Origin: Lama glama
Lineage: Eukaryota
Direction of reading: 5' to 3'
NCBI GenBank assembly: GCA_028534125.1
Contig: CM052818.1
Location: forward strand, 34,288,001-34,352,000
Length of the DNA stretch: 64,000 bases
This document shows positions 61,980 through 64,000 of this stretch, one piece after another. Numbering within the stretch: position 1 is the first letter of the stretch; every line of letters starts with the position of its first letter. Under the pieces are notes generated by a model, which ran no database searches, was not told the DNA's origin, and worked only from the letters and a program-made list of their open reading frames with translations. The translations under genes and the position numbers were made by a program.

Positions 61980-64000
61980 CTGGTCTCCATGGACAGCATT
62001 TATTAGGCGCCATTCTCAGTGTGAAGACAGATAGGCAGGAAGGGCTGAGGGGAGGCCGTGGCAGCTGCGGCCTTTGGGGTCCAGGGGCTGCCCGGGGTGA
62101 GGGTGTGGGCGTGGGGGCACGTCGCCCACACGTATTGCATATTCTGTGGCAGTGTGCCCAGGCATAAGGCATTGGGGAAGCAGAAAGGCTGCCTGCAGTG
62201 GGAGGAGGGGATGGGGAAGCAACACTGGCCTTCCGGTTCCCTAGGAAAGACCCGGCCGGAGACCGAGCAGTCTGCCATGCTCTGTGAGGGCTATTCGGCC
62301 TCCCTTCCTGCCACCTCCTTGCAACTTTGGTTGTGGCTCCCTCGGGACTGACGGGACAGGACCCCTCGAGGGCAGGGTCACATGGGACAGAGGCAGCTGG
62401 CACTGCCCCTCACCCCAACATAAACACAGAGGGCACCCCTGGGGCCTGGGCCCTGTTCTCTGTGGCACCTGGGCAGCCAGCTTCTCCCTGCTGAGATGGG
62501 ATTCACACACTGGCCAGGCCAGACTTCTTCCCTCCCAGGGGGCCCAGAGGTGGGAGCATATGGCGGGGGTGGGGCTGAGGCTGATCCCCATGTGAGCACC
62601 CCTGCCCCCACTCCAGCTTCCCTGAATGCCAGGGCCAGCCTTGCTCAGCAGTGTTAAGGAACTGACACAGGAACAGTCAGAGGAGTCAGTATGGAGGGGG
62701 AGAAGCCCCTCACCCACTCCTCGAAGCTGTCCTGAGTTACGGTCCCAGCTCCTGCTGTGGTTCCTGATAGTGGAACCAAGGGTCTCACCTCCATCTGCTG
62801 CTCTCCATCTGGGCTTCTGGGTTGCAGAGGGGGAAGGCAGTGAGCACACCTGGGAGGGGTGTTCCTTGCTGCAGCTGTGGCTTATCTCTAGCCACCTAGA
62901 ATGCAGGCATCAATGCTGGCTGTGGAACCAGGGATCATGTCCCATAGGATCTGCCTGCCGGCTCTCTAGGCTCCTCTGCCCAACTTCCAAACTCCGAAAG
63001 CCTTTCTTCCATGAGCCCCAGACCTGTTTATTTGGCCCAAGGACTTCCTGCTTGTAAGAGGCAGTCCAGGTCCTACCCTGCCTTGTGGCCAAGTGGAAGA
63101 GAGGCTGAGCTCGGCACTGGCTCAGACCTGGGCTCTGGTTCTCGTCTAAGGCCCAGTGGCCCACACAATGCCAGGGTGTGCAGGCCAGGAACTCTGCTTT
63201 TGAGAGTAGGCAGAGGAGTGAAAAGGAAAGAGCACTTAGGCTCGGAACAAGCAGCCTGGGTTCTTGCTCCCCATTGCCTTTTGCTACCTGTGTCACCTTG
63301 GGCAAGTCACTTCACCAGTCTGGGTCTCAGTGTCATCCGTCAAATGCAGATGAGAACTCCTGCCCTGGTGACCTAACTGGGATGTGGTGAGAATCAAACG
63401 AATGGGTAGTCAGGACAGGGTTTTCAAACTCATTCCACAGATCTAAGAGTGGGGAATTATCAGCAGCGGCCAGGAATGGCAAGTAGCAATTTTCTGTTTG
63501 ATTCCAAGGGCAGTGTCTGGCTGGACTCCCCACCTCCCACCCACCCCCGGCCCCCCATAAGGATGTGACTGAAAGCCAGTTAGCTCTCACCTACCAGGGG
63601 AACCTTCATGCAGACAGCCACCCTCTTCCCTTCTCTGCCCCTCCTGCAGCCTGCCTATAGGTACTTCCATCTGCCTGCCCTCTGGGGACTAGCTTTAGGG
63701 ACTGCTGGGTTTCCATTTCCTTCATAACTGCAAAGCCATGCAAAACAACACAAAAGGTAGTGGGAGACCGGGAGACACAGTTTGGGGATCAGGAAGGGGA
63801 GTGGGGACTGAGTGAGGGTGACCTCGACAAAGACACCCTGGCTTTTGGAGCCAAGGGAAGGTGGGAGACCTGGCAGGACAGAGGTATAAATAGAGATGCA
63901 AACTTACACGGAACACGAAGTTCCCTCCGGAAGGAGGAGGGGGAGGTGGTGGGGGTCTGGATGCCAGCAGGGCCTCTGCGGACTGAGGAGCTCCTTAGTT
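61980..64000 (-). other. KCNK3: Probable KCNK3 (TASK-1) 3'UTR, distal part of the last exon
   Basis: Synteny (KCNK3 precedes SLC35F6 on the same strand); CTCTATTTATACCTCTGTCC...TTGCATGGCTTTGCAGTTATG resembles the KCNK3 UTR as recalled; ends after AATAAA; the CDS is outside the window. Confidence 0.65.
61999..62004 (-). terminator. KCNK3: Probable KCNK3 polyadenylation signal
   Basis: Minus-strand AATAAA followed about 40 nt later by a GU/U-rich element (CTCTGTTATTGT). Confidence 0.6.

Noticed and set aside
61873..63376. ORFs of 120-200 aa near the right end as KCNK3 coding sequence
   Set aside because: No K2P pore motif or transmembrane pattern; the region fits a GC-rich 3'UTR
1..64000. CRISPR arrays, operons or other prokaryote-type novel systems
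   Set aside because: The sequence is spliced mammalian DNA; no repeat-spacer array or compact gene cluster seen

Overview
Mammalian genomic DNA, most likely camelid given two Vic-1-like tRNA-derived SINEs. It is the reverse-oriented equivalent of the human 2p23.3 block KCNK3-SLC35F6-CENPA-DPYSL5, with all four genes on the minus strand. Two complete genes can be assembled with canonical GT-AG junctions and consistent phases: SLC35F6 (6 coding exons, 42724->31640, 371 aa) and CENPA (4 coding exons, 26250->19681, 137 aa, plus a probable 3'UTR exon). The right end (about 62-64 kb) looks like the KCNK3 3'UTR. The CpG island at about 3.5-6.2 kb looks like the DPYSL5 promoter and non-coding first exon. 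The rest is L1, L2, CR1, MIR, LTR and DNA-transposon remnants plus microsatellites. Repeat family names and human comparisons are recalled from memory, not from searches. I found no convincing new biological system. The best leads are CENP-A substitutions at the equivalents of human K49 (Arg here) and S68 (Cys here), possible phase-compatible SLC35F6-to-CENPA read-through, lysosomal signatures in SLC35F6, a solo poly(A) retro-insertion, and an unexplained 20-bp inverted repeat.
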